Below are positions 40,544 to 50,096 of a stretch of DNA of 64,000 bases, piece after piece. Position numbers and translations under genes: made by a program. The notes under the pieces were generated by a model. That model worked only from the letters and a program-made list of their open reading frames with translations. It was not told the origin of the DNA and ran no database searches. Source of the stretch: an uncultured Chloroflexia bacterium (GTDB lineage Bacteria > Chloroflexota > Limnocylindria > Limnocylindrales > CSP1-4); assembly GCA_963713975.1 (NCBI GenBank), contig OY970218.1, positions 1,792,001 to 1,856,000 on the forward strand. Reading direction: 5' to 3'. Numbering within the stretch: the first letter of the stretch is position 1; every line of letters begins with the position of its first letter.

Positions 40544-41113
40544 ATGCAGTGCAGGTCACGCTCGTCCTGGACGTCCCGCCTCCTGGTTGCCGTGTTCGCG
40601 GTGGCCGTGGCGTCCTGTGCGGAATCCGCGCCCGTCGCCACGCCGCCGATCGCCCCGGGCACGAGCGGCGCCCCGCGTGAGGTCAACATCGTGGCCCGCG
40701 ATTACACCTACGTTCCGCAGGCGGTCGACCTCGTGCCGGGCGAGACCGTGCTCCTGCATGTGATCAACGGCGGCCTCGCGATCCACGAGGCCGTGCTCGG
40801 CAGCATGGACGACCAGCTGGCGTGGGAGACGGCAGAGGCGGCGACCGCCGGCCATCCGCCCGGCGCGACACCGTTGGTGTCGGACCCCGAGGGCTTCGAC
40901 GGCGTCCGGATCGTTGTCGGGTCGGGCCAGCGGCTGGACGTGACCTGGACCGTGCCCGCGGACGCGGCGACGGCACCCGGCGGCTGGTTCGTGGGCTGCC
41001 ACATTCCCGGCCACTGGGCCAAGGGCATGGTCGTGCCGGTTCAATTCGTGGACGATGCCGGCGCGCCGCTCGCGGCCAACCGGCCCCTGCCGACGGGCTC
41101 ACCGGGCGGCTGA
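40544..41113 (+). CDS. Cupredoxin-like lipoprotein
   Basis: Lipobox VASC; N.G..HE; GCHIPGHW.KGM. Confidence 0.82.
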   Translation: MQCRSRSSWTSRLLVAVFAVAVASCAESAPVATPPIAPGTSGAPREVNIVARDYTYVPQAVDLVPGETVLLHVINGGLAIHEAVLGSMDDQLAWETAEAATAGHPPGATPLVSDPEGFDGVRIVVGSGQRLDVTWTVPADAATAPGGWFVGCHIPGHWAKGMVVPVQFVDDAGAPLAANRPLPTGSPGG

Positions 41114-41248
41114 CACCGGCCGGTGGTCACGCGGCGTCCGTGACGCACGCCCGCGTCGGGCTCGGGACGCCCGGTGGTAGGCTAGCCAGCGGTGCGTGGA
41201 TTGCTGCGCGCCCTCGCCGCGGACCAGATATCAGGAGACCCCAATACC

Positions 41249-41536
41249 GTGACGTACGTCATCGCCGAGCCTTGTGTCGACGTCATGGACACCGCATGCG
41301 TGTCCGTGTGCCCGGTGGATTGCATCCACTATGACGAAGGCGTCGATCGCAAGCTGTTCATCGACCCCAACGAGTGCATCGACTGCGGTGCCTGCGAGCC
41401 CGAGTGCCCGGTCAACGCCATCTTCCCGGAGGAGAGCCTGCCCCCGGAGTGGGCCGGCTACACCCCGATCGAGGCACTGTGGTTCACGGACAAGGCCGCG
41501 GCCCGGGTCGCGCTCGACGAGCTCAAGCCTGCCTGA
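41249..41536 (+). CDS. fdxA: Ferredoxin (7Fe FdxA-type)
   Basis: TYVI.EPC.D..D..C...CPVDCI ... CIDCGACEPECPV; AGGAG RBS. Confidence 0.92.
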   Translation: MTYVIAEPCVDVMDTACVSVCPVDCIHYDEGVDRKLFIDPNECIDCGACEPECPVNAIFPEESLPPEWAGYTPIEALWFTDKAAARVALDELKPA

Positions 41537-41596
41537 GGCCTCCGTACCCACCAGATCGCGGCACGGGCTGCGATCCAGGGGGACTCGATCGACGTC

Positions 41597-41625
41597 ACGG
41601 CCCCGCACTGTTGCGGGGCCGTTTC
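41597..41625 (+). terminator. Intrinsic terminator
   Basis: acggccccgca/tgcggggccgt stem followed by a short T run. Confidence 0.65.
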
Positions 41626-41679
41626 ATGTCCGCGGATCCCCGAACGGACCGGGTGACCCGCGGCCCGTAGACTGGCCGG

Positions 41680-42540
41680 GTGCGTATCGTCTCCCTGCTG
41701 CCTGCCGCCACCGAGATCGTCCTTGCCCTGGGCCTGGGTGAGGAGCTGGCCGGCGTGACCCACCGCTGCGAGCTTCCCGCGAATGTCGGCGACCCGCCCG
41801 TGTTGACGCGCGCTGGCGGCGATGGAGGCGGCGATCGGCTCGATCGCGATGCACTCCGGCTGAGTGAGCCCGAGCTCGTGCTCGTGGGGCGCAGCGAGGA
41901 TGGCGTGATTGGTGGGCGGCAGGTCGAGGATGTGCTTGCGACGGGCGAGAGCCCGCCGTCCGTGCTCACGATCGCGCCGGTGTCGGTCGAGGGTGTCCTC
42001 AACGGGATCTCGGCCGTCGGCGCCATGACCGAGGCCGAGGACGAGGCGATGGGGGTCGTCGAGGGCCTGCGGGAACGGCTGCAGGCCCTGCAGGAGGTCG
42101 TCGTTGGACGTCGCGACCACGGCTTTCTGCCGCCACGCGTCGTGGTGCTCGAGTCCGTCGTCCCGCCGACTGCCGCGGGCCGCTGGATCCCCGACCAGGT
42201 CCGGCTCGCCGGTGGCTGGGAGCTGCTTGGCCGGGCCGGCGAGCGGTCGCTGCCCACCACGTGGGAGGCCGTCCGCGAGGTCGACCCCGAGGTCCTGGTG
42301 CTCGTGCCCGGGGGCCGGAACCTGCACGCCGCGCTCGAGGCATGGGAAGCGCTCCCGCGACCGGCCGCGTGGTCGGAGCTGCGTGCCGTGCGGGAGGATC
42401 GCGCGTTCGTCGTTGACGGCGGTGCATTCACCGGTCCCGGGCCACGGGTGATCGACGGCATCGAGGTCCTGGCCGAGCTCATCGATCCGGCGGCGTTCGA
42501 CGGGATGGCGCTGCCCGACAGCTGGGCCCGGGCCCGCTGA
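41680..42540 (+). CDS. BtuF-like substrate-binding protein
   Basis: RIVSLLP.ATEI...LG, GVTH.C, PGPR. Confidence 0.85.
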   Translation: MRIVSLLPAATEIVLALGLGEELAGVTHRCELPANVGDPPVLTRAGGDGGGDRLDRDALRLSEPELVLVGRSEDGVIGGRQVEDVLATGESPPSVLTIAPVSVEGVLNGISAVGAMTEAEDEAMGVVEGLRERLQALQEVVVGRRDHGFLPPRVVVLESVVPPTAAGRWIPDQVRLAGGWELLGRAGERSLPTTWEAVREVDPEVLVLVPGGRNLHAALEAWEALPRPAAWSELRAVREDRAFVVDGGAFTGPGPRVIDGIEVLAELIDPAAFDGMALPDSWARAR

Positions 42541-42563
42541 TCCCGAAGGTCGATCAGGACACG

Positions 42564-43442
42564 ATGACCTTCCGCGCTCGCTTCGACTGCCTGTGGTGCG
42601 GTGACGCATGGACGACCAGTGGCCCCGAGGATCTCGAGGGGTGGGCCCGACTCTGCCCTGCGTGCCTGGGCCGGGCCGGACAGAACCCGTTCCTGCGGGG
42701 CAGGCTCAGGGCTGGCATGGCGGCTCGCGCGGCTCGCGCGGCGACGGCCGCGTCAGCGCCGCCCGAAGCCACGACCGCACCGGCGCTGCCACTCCCGGCC
42801 GCGGGTCTGGGCGACACGGTGCATACGCCCCCACCGGCCCCGGCGCCGGCCTTCCCGGACGACTGGTTCCTGCGTCGCGGGGCCTTCGAGCGAGGCTCAG
42901 TCCACGACGTCGCCTGGGCGGCCGAGCTGGACATGGTCACCCGCTGGCTCGACGGCCTGGGGCTGACGGGAGCGATCGTCGAGCCGGCGGCCGGGGTCGG
43001 CTTCTTCTCGCCGCTGCTGGCGGAGCGCGGGGACCTCCACGCGTTCGATGCCGACGGTGAGGCGCTCGACCGGGCCCGCGACCGGCTCGTCGCCCACCGG
43101 CTGCGTGCCCACCTGCATGTCGCGGATCCGTGGGCCATCCCGCCCGGCGGGGTCGCGCCGCTCAGCGCGGACGCCGTCGTGGCGGCGTTCCTGCTTGGCC
43201 GCGTCCGGGGTGCGGGCCTGGATCCCGCGGCCGCCTCACTCCATTCGCGCCTGCGGCCCGGGGGAAGGCTGGCCGTCATCGACCTCCGGCCCGATCCTGC
43301 AGGCGGCCCGCCCGCCGGGACCTCGTGGTCGTGGCATGCACCCGACCTGATCGAGGCCGCGCTGCGCCGTGCGGGCTTCCGCGACGTGGACATCACCACG
43401 ACCGGGCGCTTCTTCCTGACGGCCGTCGCGACCGCTCGCTGA
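42564..43442 (+). CDS. Class I SAM methyltransferase-like protein with N-terminal Zn ribbon
   Basis: CLWC...CPAC; VEPAAGVG motif I; LRPGG.L. Confidence 0.7.
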   Translation: MTFRARFDCLWCGDAWTTSGPEDLEGWARLCPACLGRAGQNPFLRGRLRAGMAARAARAATAASAPPEATTAPALPLPAAGLGDTVHTPPPAPAPAFPDDWFLRRGAFERGSVHDVAWAAELDMVTRWLDGLGLTGAIVEPAAGVGFFSPLLAERGDLHAFDADGEALDRARDRLVAHRLRAHLHVADPWAIPPGGVAPLSADAVVAAFLLGRVRGAGLDPAAASLHSRLRPGGRLAVIDLRPDPAGGPPAGTSWSWHAPDLIEAALRRAGFRDVDITTTGRFFLTAVATAR

Positions 43443-43491
43443 GCACGCGGGCCGCGGGACCCGCAGATCCGCGGTGGTATCCTCCGCCGCG

Positions 43492-44376
43492 ATGTCGCCC
43501 CTCGCTGATCGGACCATTGCAACCGTCGGCTCCGGCGTCATGGCCGAGGCCATGATCGCAGGCCTGCTGCGTGGCAACCTCGTCGCGCCGGACCAGGTGG
43601 TTGCCAGCCATCCACGTGCCGACCGGCGCGCCGCGCTGGCCAGCACACACGGGATCCGCGTCGCTGCCTCCAACGTGGAGGCAGTCGAGCACGCCGACGT
43701 GATCATCCTGGCGGTGAAGCCCCAGATGCTGGCACGGGTGGGTCGCGAGATCGGGCCCAAGCTGCGCCGTGGCCAGCTGGTGCTGTCGGTGCTGGCGGGG
43801 CCCACGACCAGCGTGCTGGTGACGACGCTCGGCCATGACCAGGTCGTCCGTGCGATGCCCAACACCCCGGCCCGGATCGGCAGCGGCATGACCGTCTGGT
43901 ACGCGACGCCGGCCACGACCGGTGACCAGCGCTCCCAGGCGAGGACGCTGTTGGGGGCCCTCGGTGCAGAGCTCGAGGTCGAGGACGAGAAGTGGGTTGC
44001 GATGGCGACCGCCGTCTCGGGCACCGGCCCGGCGTACGTCTTCCTCGTCATGGAGGCACTGATCGACGCGGCGGTGCACCTCGGCTTCCCGCGTCACATC
44101 GCGCACGACCTCGTGATCGAGACGCTCGAGGGCAGCACCCGCTTCGCCAAGCAGTCGGGCGACCATCCGGCGGTGCTTCGCAACATGGTCACCTCGCCCG
44201 CCGGCACCAGCGCCGCCGCGATCCACGAGCTGGAGTCCGGCCGCCTCCGCACCGTCCTGTCCGAGGCGGTCTGGGCCGCGTTCCGGCGCACCGTGGAGTT
44301 GGGCGACCAGATGGAGGCCCAGCTCGCGACCGGCGACAAGCCGAAGAGGAAGCCAGGCGGCGAGACCGGCGCCTGA
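43492..44376 (+). CDS. proC: Pyrroline-5-carboxylate reductase
   Basis: G.G.MA, LAVKPQ, RAMPNTP, SGTGPAY, VTSPAGT. Confidence 0.96.
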   Translation: MSPLADRTIATVGSGVMAEAMIAGLLRGNLVAPDQVVASHPRADRRAALASTHGIRVAASNVEAVEHADVIILAVKPQMLARVGREIGPKLRRGQLVLSVLAGPTTSVLVTTLGHDQVVRAMPNTPARIGSGMTVWYATPATTGDQRSQARTLLGALGAELEVEDEKWVAMATAVSGTGPAYVFLVMEALIDAAVHLGFPRHIAHDLVIETLEGSTRFAKQSGDHPAVLRNMVTSPAGTSAAAIHELESGRLRTVLSEAVWAAFRRTVELGDQMEAQLATGDKPKRKPGGETGA

Positions 44377-44486
44377 AGTCAGGCGCAGCTGGTCTGGCAG
44401 TCGACCCGAAGGCCCGGACCGCATGGCCCGGAATCTACGGCCGAGCCTCCCTTCCGGCACGCGGCGCTGACGCTATCCTCGCCGGG

Positions 44487-45167
44487 ATGGATACCCACGC
44501 GGCCGACGCCGGCCGTCCCTCGGCGCCCGACAAGGAGGAGCTGCGACTCCTCGTCGACCAGCTCGCCCGCATGCGCGGCATGCTGTTCGGCTACTCGGAA
44601 CGGTTTTTCGAGCGGATCCGGACCTACCTGCTGCTGACGCTGGCGCTGCTCGTCATCGCCGGGGCCCAGGTCTTCCCGGCAGCCGTGATCGCGGTCCCGT
44701 TCCTGGTGCCGTTCGCGTTCCTGGAGACCGGGTACCTCTTCTACTACACGGTGTTCGCGCGTCGACACGCCGAGTACCTCGAGCGGACCATCAACGCCAG
44801 CATGGGGCGTGACGTGCTCGTGGCCCACCGGCTGGAGGCCGCGTACTTCTACCCGCCGGACGCGCCACGGATCGCCGCCATCTCCTTCGGCCGCCCGCTG
44901 GGGATGATGTCCGTGATGACCCTCGGCTACGCCGCCGGTGCGTTCCTGCTGTGGCTGGCGGGCATGCTGGGCGTCATCGACCTGGTGGATGGCGGCGGGG
45001 TCGGCCCGCCGATCGTTGCCAGCTTCCTCGTGCCGGCCGCGCTGCTGTGGACCCTGGCCATCGCCGGGCACCTCGTCTACGCGTCCCTGAGCCGTCGCGA
45101 CGAAGCCCCGCTCATCGCGGAGCTGGACGCCTCCTATGGCGGCCAGCCCGCCGACCCCGCCGACTGA
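44487..45167 (+). CDS. Hypothetical membrane protein
   Basis: About four TM segments; TATCCT -10 box 7 nt before ATG. Confidence 0.7.
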   Translation: MDTHAADAGRPSAPDKEELRLLVDQLARMRGMLFGYSERFFERIRTYLLLTLALLVIAGAQVFPAAVIAVPFLVPFAFLETGYLFYYTVFARRHAEYLERTINASMGRDVLVAHRLEAAYFYPPDAPRIAAISFGRPLGMMSVMTLGYAAGAFLLWLAGMLGVIDLVDGGGVGPPIVASFLVPAALLWTLAIAGHLVYASLSRRDEAPLIAELDASYGGQPADPAD

Positions 45168-45182
45168 CCCCCCGAGGGACCA

Positions 45183-46154
45183 ATGCCCGCCAAGTCCACC
45201 GTAAGCGATGCTGCCGAGCGTGCGATGCGCTCGACGCTCCTGACCCTGTCACATCGCAAGTCGCTGGGGAGGCTGGCCACGCAGGTGCCAATCACCCGGC
45301 CGATGGTTCGCCGCTTTATCTGCGGCGAGACCCTCGACGAGGCACTGCCGGCGATCCGTCGCCTGTACGAGTTGGGCATGGGCACCACGGTGGACGTCCT
45401 GGGCGAATCCGTGACGGCCGAGGCCGACGCCCGCGCCGCCGCGGCCCGCTACGTCGCCGTCCTGGACGCCCTCGCTGCAACGGACCTCGACAGGAACGTG
45501 TCGCTCAAGCCCACCCAGATGGGCCTGGCGATCGACCCGGGGCTCGCCAGAGAGACCATCGGCTCGATCGTGGCCAAGGCCGTCGAGGTCGGGGCGTTCG
45601 TGCGCATCGACATGGAGGACCACACGGCCACGGATCGCACCATCGACCTGTGGCGTGACGTGCGGCCGGCCGACACCAGCGGTGCCGACGTGGGCCTCGT
45701 GATCCAGTCGGCGTTGCGTCGCAGCGACCGGGACGTCGAGGCGATCATCGAGGCCGGTGGCCGCGTGCGCCTGTGCAAGGGTGCGTACAAGGAGCCGGCA
45801 TCGGTCGCCTACCAGGAGAAGGCCGAGGTCGACGAGGCGTACGAGCGCCAGATGCTGCGGCTCATGCGCGCCGGCAGCTACCCGGCGCTGGCGACCCATG
45901 ACGTGCGCCTGATCAAGCGCGCCGTCGAGGTCGCGACAGCCGAGGGGATCGCCCGCGACGCCTTCGAGTTCCAGATGCTCTACGGGGTCCGTCGCGACAT
46001 CCAGGAGCAGCTGGCAGGTGCGGGCTGGCGGGTCCGCACCTACGTGCCGTTCGGCTCGCAGTGGTATCCGTACTTCATGCGCCGCCTGGCCGAGCGGCCC
46101 GCCAACGTCTCGTTCCTGCTCCGGAACCTGTGGCGGGAGCGCGGCCGGGGCTGA
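45183..46154 (+). CDS. Monofunctional proline dehydrogenase
   Basis: D.LGE, SLK.TQ, RIDMED, RL.KGAY, ATHD, EFQMLYG, YFMRRLAE. Confidence 0.95.
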   Translation: MPAKSTVSDAAERAMRSTLLTLSHRKSLGRLATQVPITRPMVRRFICGETLDEALPAIRRLYELGMGTTVDVLGESVTAEADARAAAARYVAVLDALAATDLDRNVSLKPTQMGLAIDPGLARETIGSIVAKAVEVGAFVRIDMEDHTATDRTIDLWRDVRPADTSGADVGLVIQSALRRSDRDVEAIIEAGGRVRLCKGAYKEPASVAYQEKAEVDEAYERQMLRLMRAGSYPALATHDVRLIKRAVEVATAEGIARDAFEFQMLYGVRRDIQEQLAGAGWRVRTYVPFGSQWYPYFMRRLAERPANVSFLLRNLWRERGRG

Positions 46155-46252
46155 GGCGGCGGATCAGCGCGTCCGGGGCCTCCCGGGAATCCAAGAGCCG
46201 CCGGGTGGGCCCCCGGCGGCTCAGGCCTCGGCCGTGTGCGAGGTCGATCTGA

Positions 46253-46348
46253 CTACCAGCGCTTGGCCCCGCCGATGACGAACGCGAACGCGGCCATCGT
46301 GCCGAGGAACATGATCGCGCGCTGCGCGGCGTACTTCATGGTCGTCAT
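46253..46348 (-). CDS. 31-aa microprotein ending GAKRW
   Basis: MTTMKYAAQRAIMFLGTMAAFAFVIGGAKRW; AAGGA RBS; paralog at 40285. Confidence 0.65.
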   Translation of the reverse strand: MTTMKYAAQRAIMFLGTMAAFAFVIGGAKRW

Positions 46349-46515
46349 GTCCGGGTTCCTTCACCTTGCGTTCCGGGGTCGGCATGGGCGCGCCCCTGAG
46401 TCGGAACCCGACGGTAGTCCGCCTTAAGGCGCTCTGGGCATGGCCCCAAGGTACTGGTGCACCCCGGACCCTCGTGGCAGTTGCCACGATGCACCGCCGC
46501 CCTTGGTGCGGCGGT

Positions 46516-47910
46516 TCAGGGCTCCCGGGCCGGGATCCTGAACGAGAACGCACTGCCCTCGCCGGGCATGGACCGGACCTCCAGCTCGCCGCCGTGGGCG
46601 CGCACGATCTGACGAGCGATCGGAAGGCCCAGCCCCGTGCCCCGGGGACCATCCGGCAGCGTGTCCGAAGACTGACGGAACGGCTCGAAGATCCGCTCCA
46701 GGTCTGATGCAGGGATGCCCCGCCCGGTGTCCGCCACGACGACCTGGACGGCGCCGGGGTCCGCTGCCGGGTCCGCGCCGGTGTCCACGGTCACGGTGAC
46801 GGTCCCGCCAGGGGCGAACTTGACCGCGTTGGAGACGAGGTTGACGACCACCTGGACGAGGCGGTCGGCGTCCCCGACCACCTCCGGCAGGCCGTCCTCG
46901 ATGTGGATCGCGAGCGTGACGCCGCTCACCTCGAACAGTGCGGAGGTCGTGGCGAGCGCCCGCCTGACGACCTCCTCGAGCCGGAGCGCGGCCATCCGCC
47001 ATTCGAGACGGCCGGCCTCGATCTTGGCGAGGTCGAGCAGATCGTTGATCAGTCCCGTGAGCCGCTCGCCCTCCTCCACGATGATCGCGAGGTTGTCGCC
47101 CACCTGTCGGGTCGCCCGGTCGACCTTCGGGTCGTCGCGTGGCACGACCGGGATGATCACCTCGTCCAGCCGTCGCCGGTTGAGCTTCGCGAACCCGACC
47201 ACCGAGGTTAGCGGCGTCCGGAGCTCGTGGGAGACGTTGGCGAGGAAGCGGCTCTTGGCCTCGTTGGCCAGCTCGGCGGCCGCCCTCGCCCCCTGGGCCT
47301 CCGTCATCGCCGCCAGGAGGTCCTTCGTGCGCTCGGCGACCCGGGCCTCAAGGGCCCGGTTCTGGGCCTCGAGCTCCACCTTGAGCCGAGCCGATTCCAG
47401 CGCCCCCGCGAGCAGCGATCCCACGGTGTACAGCAACGGGCCGTCGGCGGGCTCCAGGGCCCGGCCATCGCGCGTGTCGTTGACGATGAGGACGCCCACC
47501 ACCCGGCCCTGGGTCACCATCGGCGTGCCCACGAAGGCAGACGAGCCCAGGACGGCCGCGAGACGCCGGTTTGCCTCCCCTCCCTCGCCAGCCGCATCGT
47601 GGAACAGCAGGGGTCCGTCCGCCCGGGCGAGCCGCGCCGGCGCTGCCTGTTCGTCACCCAGGTCAACGACGAGGTCCGCGACCAGCAGCCCCAGGCCCGG
47701 CGGCCCTCCGGCCACTCGACAGCCCCAGATCACGCCCGCCGCCGGATCGACCAGTGCGATGACGCCCCGCTCGAACCCCAGGCCCGCGACGATCTCCGCC
47801 AGGCCCTGCTCTATGAGGCGATCAGGGTCGTGGGTGGAGGCCAGGACGATTCCGATCGCGTTGATGCCCGACAGCTCCGCGAGGCGGCGACGCAGGCGCT
47901 CCTCCAGCAC
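46516..47910 (-). CDS. GAF-domain sensor histidine kinase
   Basis: SHELRTPL, NL..NA.KF, D.G.GI, GTGLGL. Confidence 0.93.
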   Translation of the reverse strand: MLEERLRRRLAELSGINAIGIVLASTHDPDRLIEQGLAEIVAGLGFERGVIALVDPAAGVIWGCRVAGGPPGLGLLVADLVVDLGDEQAAPARLARADGPLLFHDAAGEGGEANRRLAAVLGSSAFVGTPMVTQGRVVGVLIVNDTRDGRALEPADGPLLYTVGSLLAGALESARLKVELEAQNRALEARVAERTKDLLAAMTEAQGARAAAELANEAKSRFLANVSHELRTPLTSVVGFAKLNRRRLDEVIIPVVPRDDPKVDRATRQVGDNLAIIVEEGERLTGLINDLLDLAKIEAGRLEWRMAALRLEEVVRRALATTSALFEVSGVTLAIHIEDGLPEVVGDADRLVQVVVNLVSNAVKFAPGGTVTVTVDTGADPAADPGAVQVVVADTGRGIPASDLERIFEPFRQSSDTLPDGPRGTGLGLPIARQIVRAHGGELEVRSMPGEGSAFSFRIPAREP

Positions 47911-47981
47911 CGCCGATCGCCCCGCCCGGGCCTCGCGTCGGTCGGTGCGCGCCCCCGCGTCGGACCGGTCCGGCCGGAAGC

Positions 47982-48788
47982 TCAGGGCTCCGCCCCGTCG
48001 CCGGCACCGGCCGCGCTCCCGCCGATGCCCATCGCCCTGCCGATCGCCGGGCCGGCGAGCGCGGCGATCGCCGTCACGACCTTCAGGTCCGCGGAGCGGA
48101 ATGGCCCGCCGGTGGCGGTGGCGCCCACGACGCCCAACGTGATCCCGCCGGCCCGCAGCGGCGCCACCACGATGCTCCCGCCGGCACGCTCGGCGTCCGT
48201 CGCCCGCGCGTCCGTGGCGGCGTCCTCGACCAGCTCCGCGCCACCGGTGGCCGCCGCGGTGCCCACGATGCCCACGCCCACGCGGGCGGTTGCCAGCGGT
48301 CCACCCTCGCCGTCCGAGCCGGCCGCCGCGCGCAGTGTCTCGCCGTCGGCCAGGAGCAGGAACCCGCGCGCGTCGTGGGGGAGGCGCGAGAGCTCGGCGA
48401 CCGCGGTCTGGACCACAGGATCCACGGTGTCGGACCCGCCGATCGTCGCGGCGAGGTCATAGATCAGGGACAGCTCCCGGTAGCGTTCGAGGGCCTCGTT
48501 GGCCAGCGCCCGCTTGTCGCGCTCTCGGGCGGCCGCGTATGCCAGCACGGCAGCGACCCCGCGCGCAGGACGACCACCCTCAACCCAGCCCAGCACCTCG
48601 CCGTCCACGGTGACGTCCTGCCGGACGTCGGGATCCGTGGGTCCCGTACCGGCCGGGCCGCCCCGTTCGAGGATCACGCCACCGGTCGCGTCGCGGATCG
48701 TCACGGCCGCGTCGATCCCGGCGAGCAGGGCCGACACCATCGGCCCAACGTGACGGTGGCGGACGATGAGCCTGCGCAGCTCGCTCAT
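47982..48788 (-). CDS. Stand-alone GAF domain protein
   Basis: Coiled coil 'EAL.RYREL.LIY' followed by GAF (G.GIVG, APL...LG). Confidence 0.8.
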   Translation of the reverse strand: MSELRRLIVRHRHVGPMVSALLAGIDAAVTIRDATGGVILERGGPAGTGPTDPDVRQDVTVDGEVLGWVEGGRPARGVAAVLAYAAARERDKRALANEALERYRELSLIYDLAATIGGSDTVDPVVQTAVAELSRLPHDARGFLLLADGETLRAAAGSDGEGGPLATARVGVGIVGTAAATGGAELVEDAATDARATDAERAGGSIVVAPLRAGGITLGVVGATATGGPFRSADLKVVTAIAALAGPAIGRAMGIGGSAAGAGDGAEP

Positions 48789-49165
48789 GCCGACCCCAGC
48801 ACGCGCCTGGCGAGCGCCAGCAGGGCATCGGGGTCGAAGGGCTTGGTCAGGTAGTCGTCGGCGCCTGCGGCGAGCCCCTCCTCCCGGTCGTGGGCCTGGC
48901 CTTTGGCCGTCAGGAGGACGATGTGCGTGCGTGCGGTCCCGGGGTCGGCCCGGACCGCCCGGCACACTTCGAGGCCGTTGCGCCCCGGCATCATCAGGTC
49001 CAGGAACACCAGGTCCGGGTGCTGGGCGCGGATTGCGGTGAGCGCCTCGTCACCGTTCGCGGCCGTGTACAGCTCGACGCCCTCGTCGAGCAGCTCCTCG
49101 AGCGTCTGCTCGATCAGCAGCCGGATGTGCTGCTCGTCGTCCACGATCAGGATCGTCCGCCCCAT
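48785..49165 (-). CDS. Single-domain response regulator
   Basis: ILIVDDE, LD.MMP, LTA, KPF. Confidence 0.95.
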   Translation of the reverse strand: MGRTILIVDDEQHIRLLIEQTLEELLDEGVELYTAANGDEALTAIRAQHPDLVFLDLMMPGRNGLEVCRAVRADPGTARTHIVLLTAKGQAHDREEGLAAGADDYLTKPFDPDALLALARRVLGSA

Positions 49166-49254
49166 TGAGCCTCCCTCGTCGCCGCGTGGCCGCCCACGAT
49201 GCCCGAAGGGTGGCGTGCGCGCAAGGCAGCGACCCGGTCGGGCATCATCTGCGC

Positions 49255-50061
49255 ATGACGACCGCACCCGTTCCCCCCGCCACGTCCGCTCCTCCCCGCG
49301 CCAGCCTCCGCCGCCGCGTGCTCGCGGGTGAGCCCACGATCGGCCTGTTCGTGAACCTCGGTTCCATCGTGTCCGCGGAGATCGTGGCCCGGGCCGGGTA
49401 CGACTGGGCCCTGGTCGATCTCGAGCACGGTATGGCCACTCAGGCCGAGCTCCTGGCGCAGCTGGTCGCAATCCAGGCGACGCCGACGGCAGCGGTCGTG
49501 CGCGTGGTCTCGAGCGAGCGGATGCGCGTGGGCCGGATCCTCGACCTGGGTGCCGACGGGCTGATGATCCCGCGCCTGGAGACGGCTGCCGACATGCGCG
49601 AGACGGTGTCCTGGATGCGCTATCCGCCGGCGGGGATCCGCGGCGTGGCGGCAGGGACGCGCGGTGCGGGGTATGCGACCGTGGCCCATCCGGACATCGC
49701 CTCCATCAGCGAGCGGGTGCTGGGCGTGTTCCAGGTGGAGTCGAGGGCGGCGGTGGCCGCAGCCGATGAGCTGGCCGCCATCGACGGCGTGGACGTGCTG
49801 TTCGTCGGCCCTGCAGACCTCAGCCACGAGATGGGCATCCCCGGCGAGTTCGGGCACCCTGCCTTCATCCAGGTGCTGGACCACGTGGCGGCCGTCGCGA
49901 AGGCCCACGGCAAGGCGGCGGGGATGCTGGTCCGCGACGCATCCGAGGTACCTGCCTATCACGCCCGTGGCTTCGGATTCCTCGGGATCGGATCCGACTC
50001 CGGGCTGGTCATGAGCGGCGCCCGCAGCCAGCTCGCCCTGGCCCGCACGGCCCTCCGCTGA
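49255..50061 (+). CDS. HpcH/HpaI aldolase family protein
   Basis: D.EHG, LD.GADG...P, YPP.G.RG, QVES, FVGPADL. Confidence 0.92.
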   Translation: MTTAPVPPATSAPPRASLRRRVLAGEPTIGLFVNLGSIVSAEIVARAGYDWALVDLEHGMATQAELLAQLVAIQATPTAAVVRVVSSERMRVGRILDLGADGLMIPRLETAADMRETVSWMRYPPAGIRGVAAGTRGAGYATVAHPDIASISERVLGVFQVESRAAVAAADELAAIDGVDVLFVGPADLSHEMGIPGEFGHPAFIQVLDHVAAVAKAHGKAAGMLVRDASEVPAYHARGFGFLGIGSDSGLVMSGARSQLALARTALR

Positions 50062-50096
50062 GCCGGCCTTCGGCATTCGGTGCCGCCAGCAAGTCG

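Noticed and set aside
46372-46500. Canonical c-di-AMP (ydaO) riboswitch
   Set aside because: Only a loose resemblance; the conserved GCTGAA and CAGCTAAC segments are absent, so it is reported only as an unclassified structured leader.
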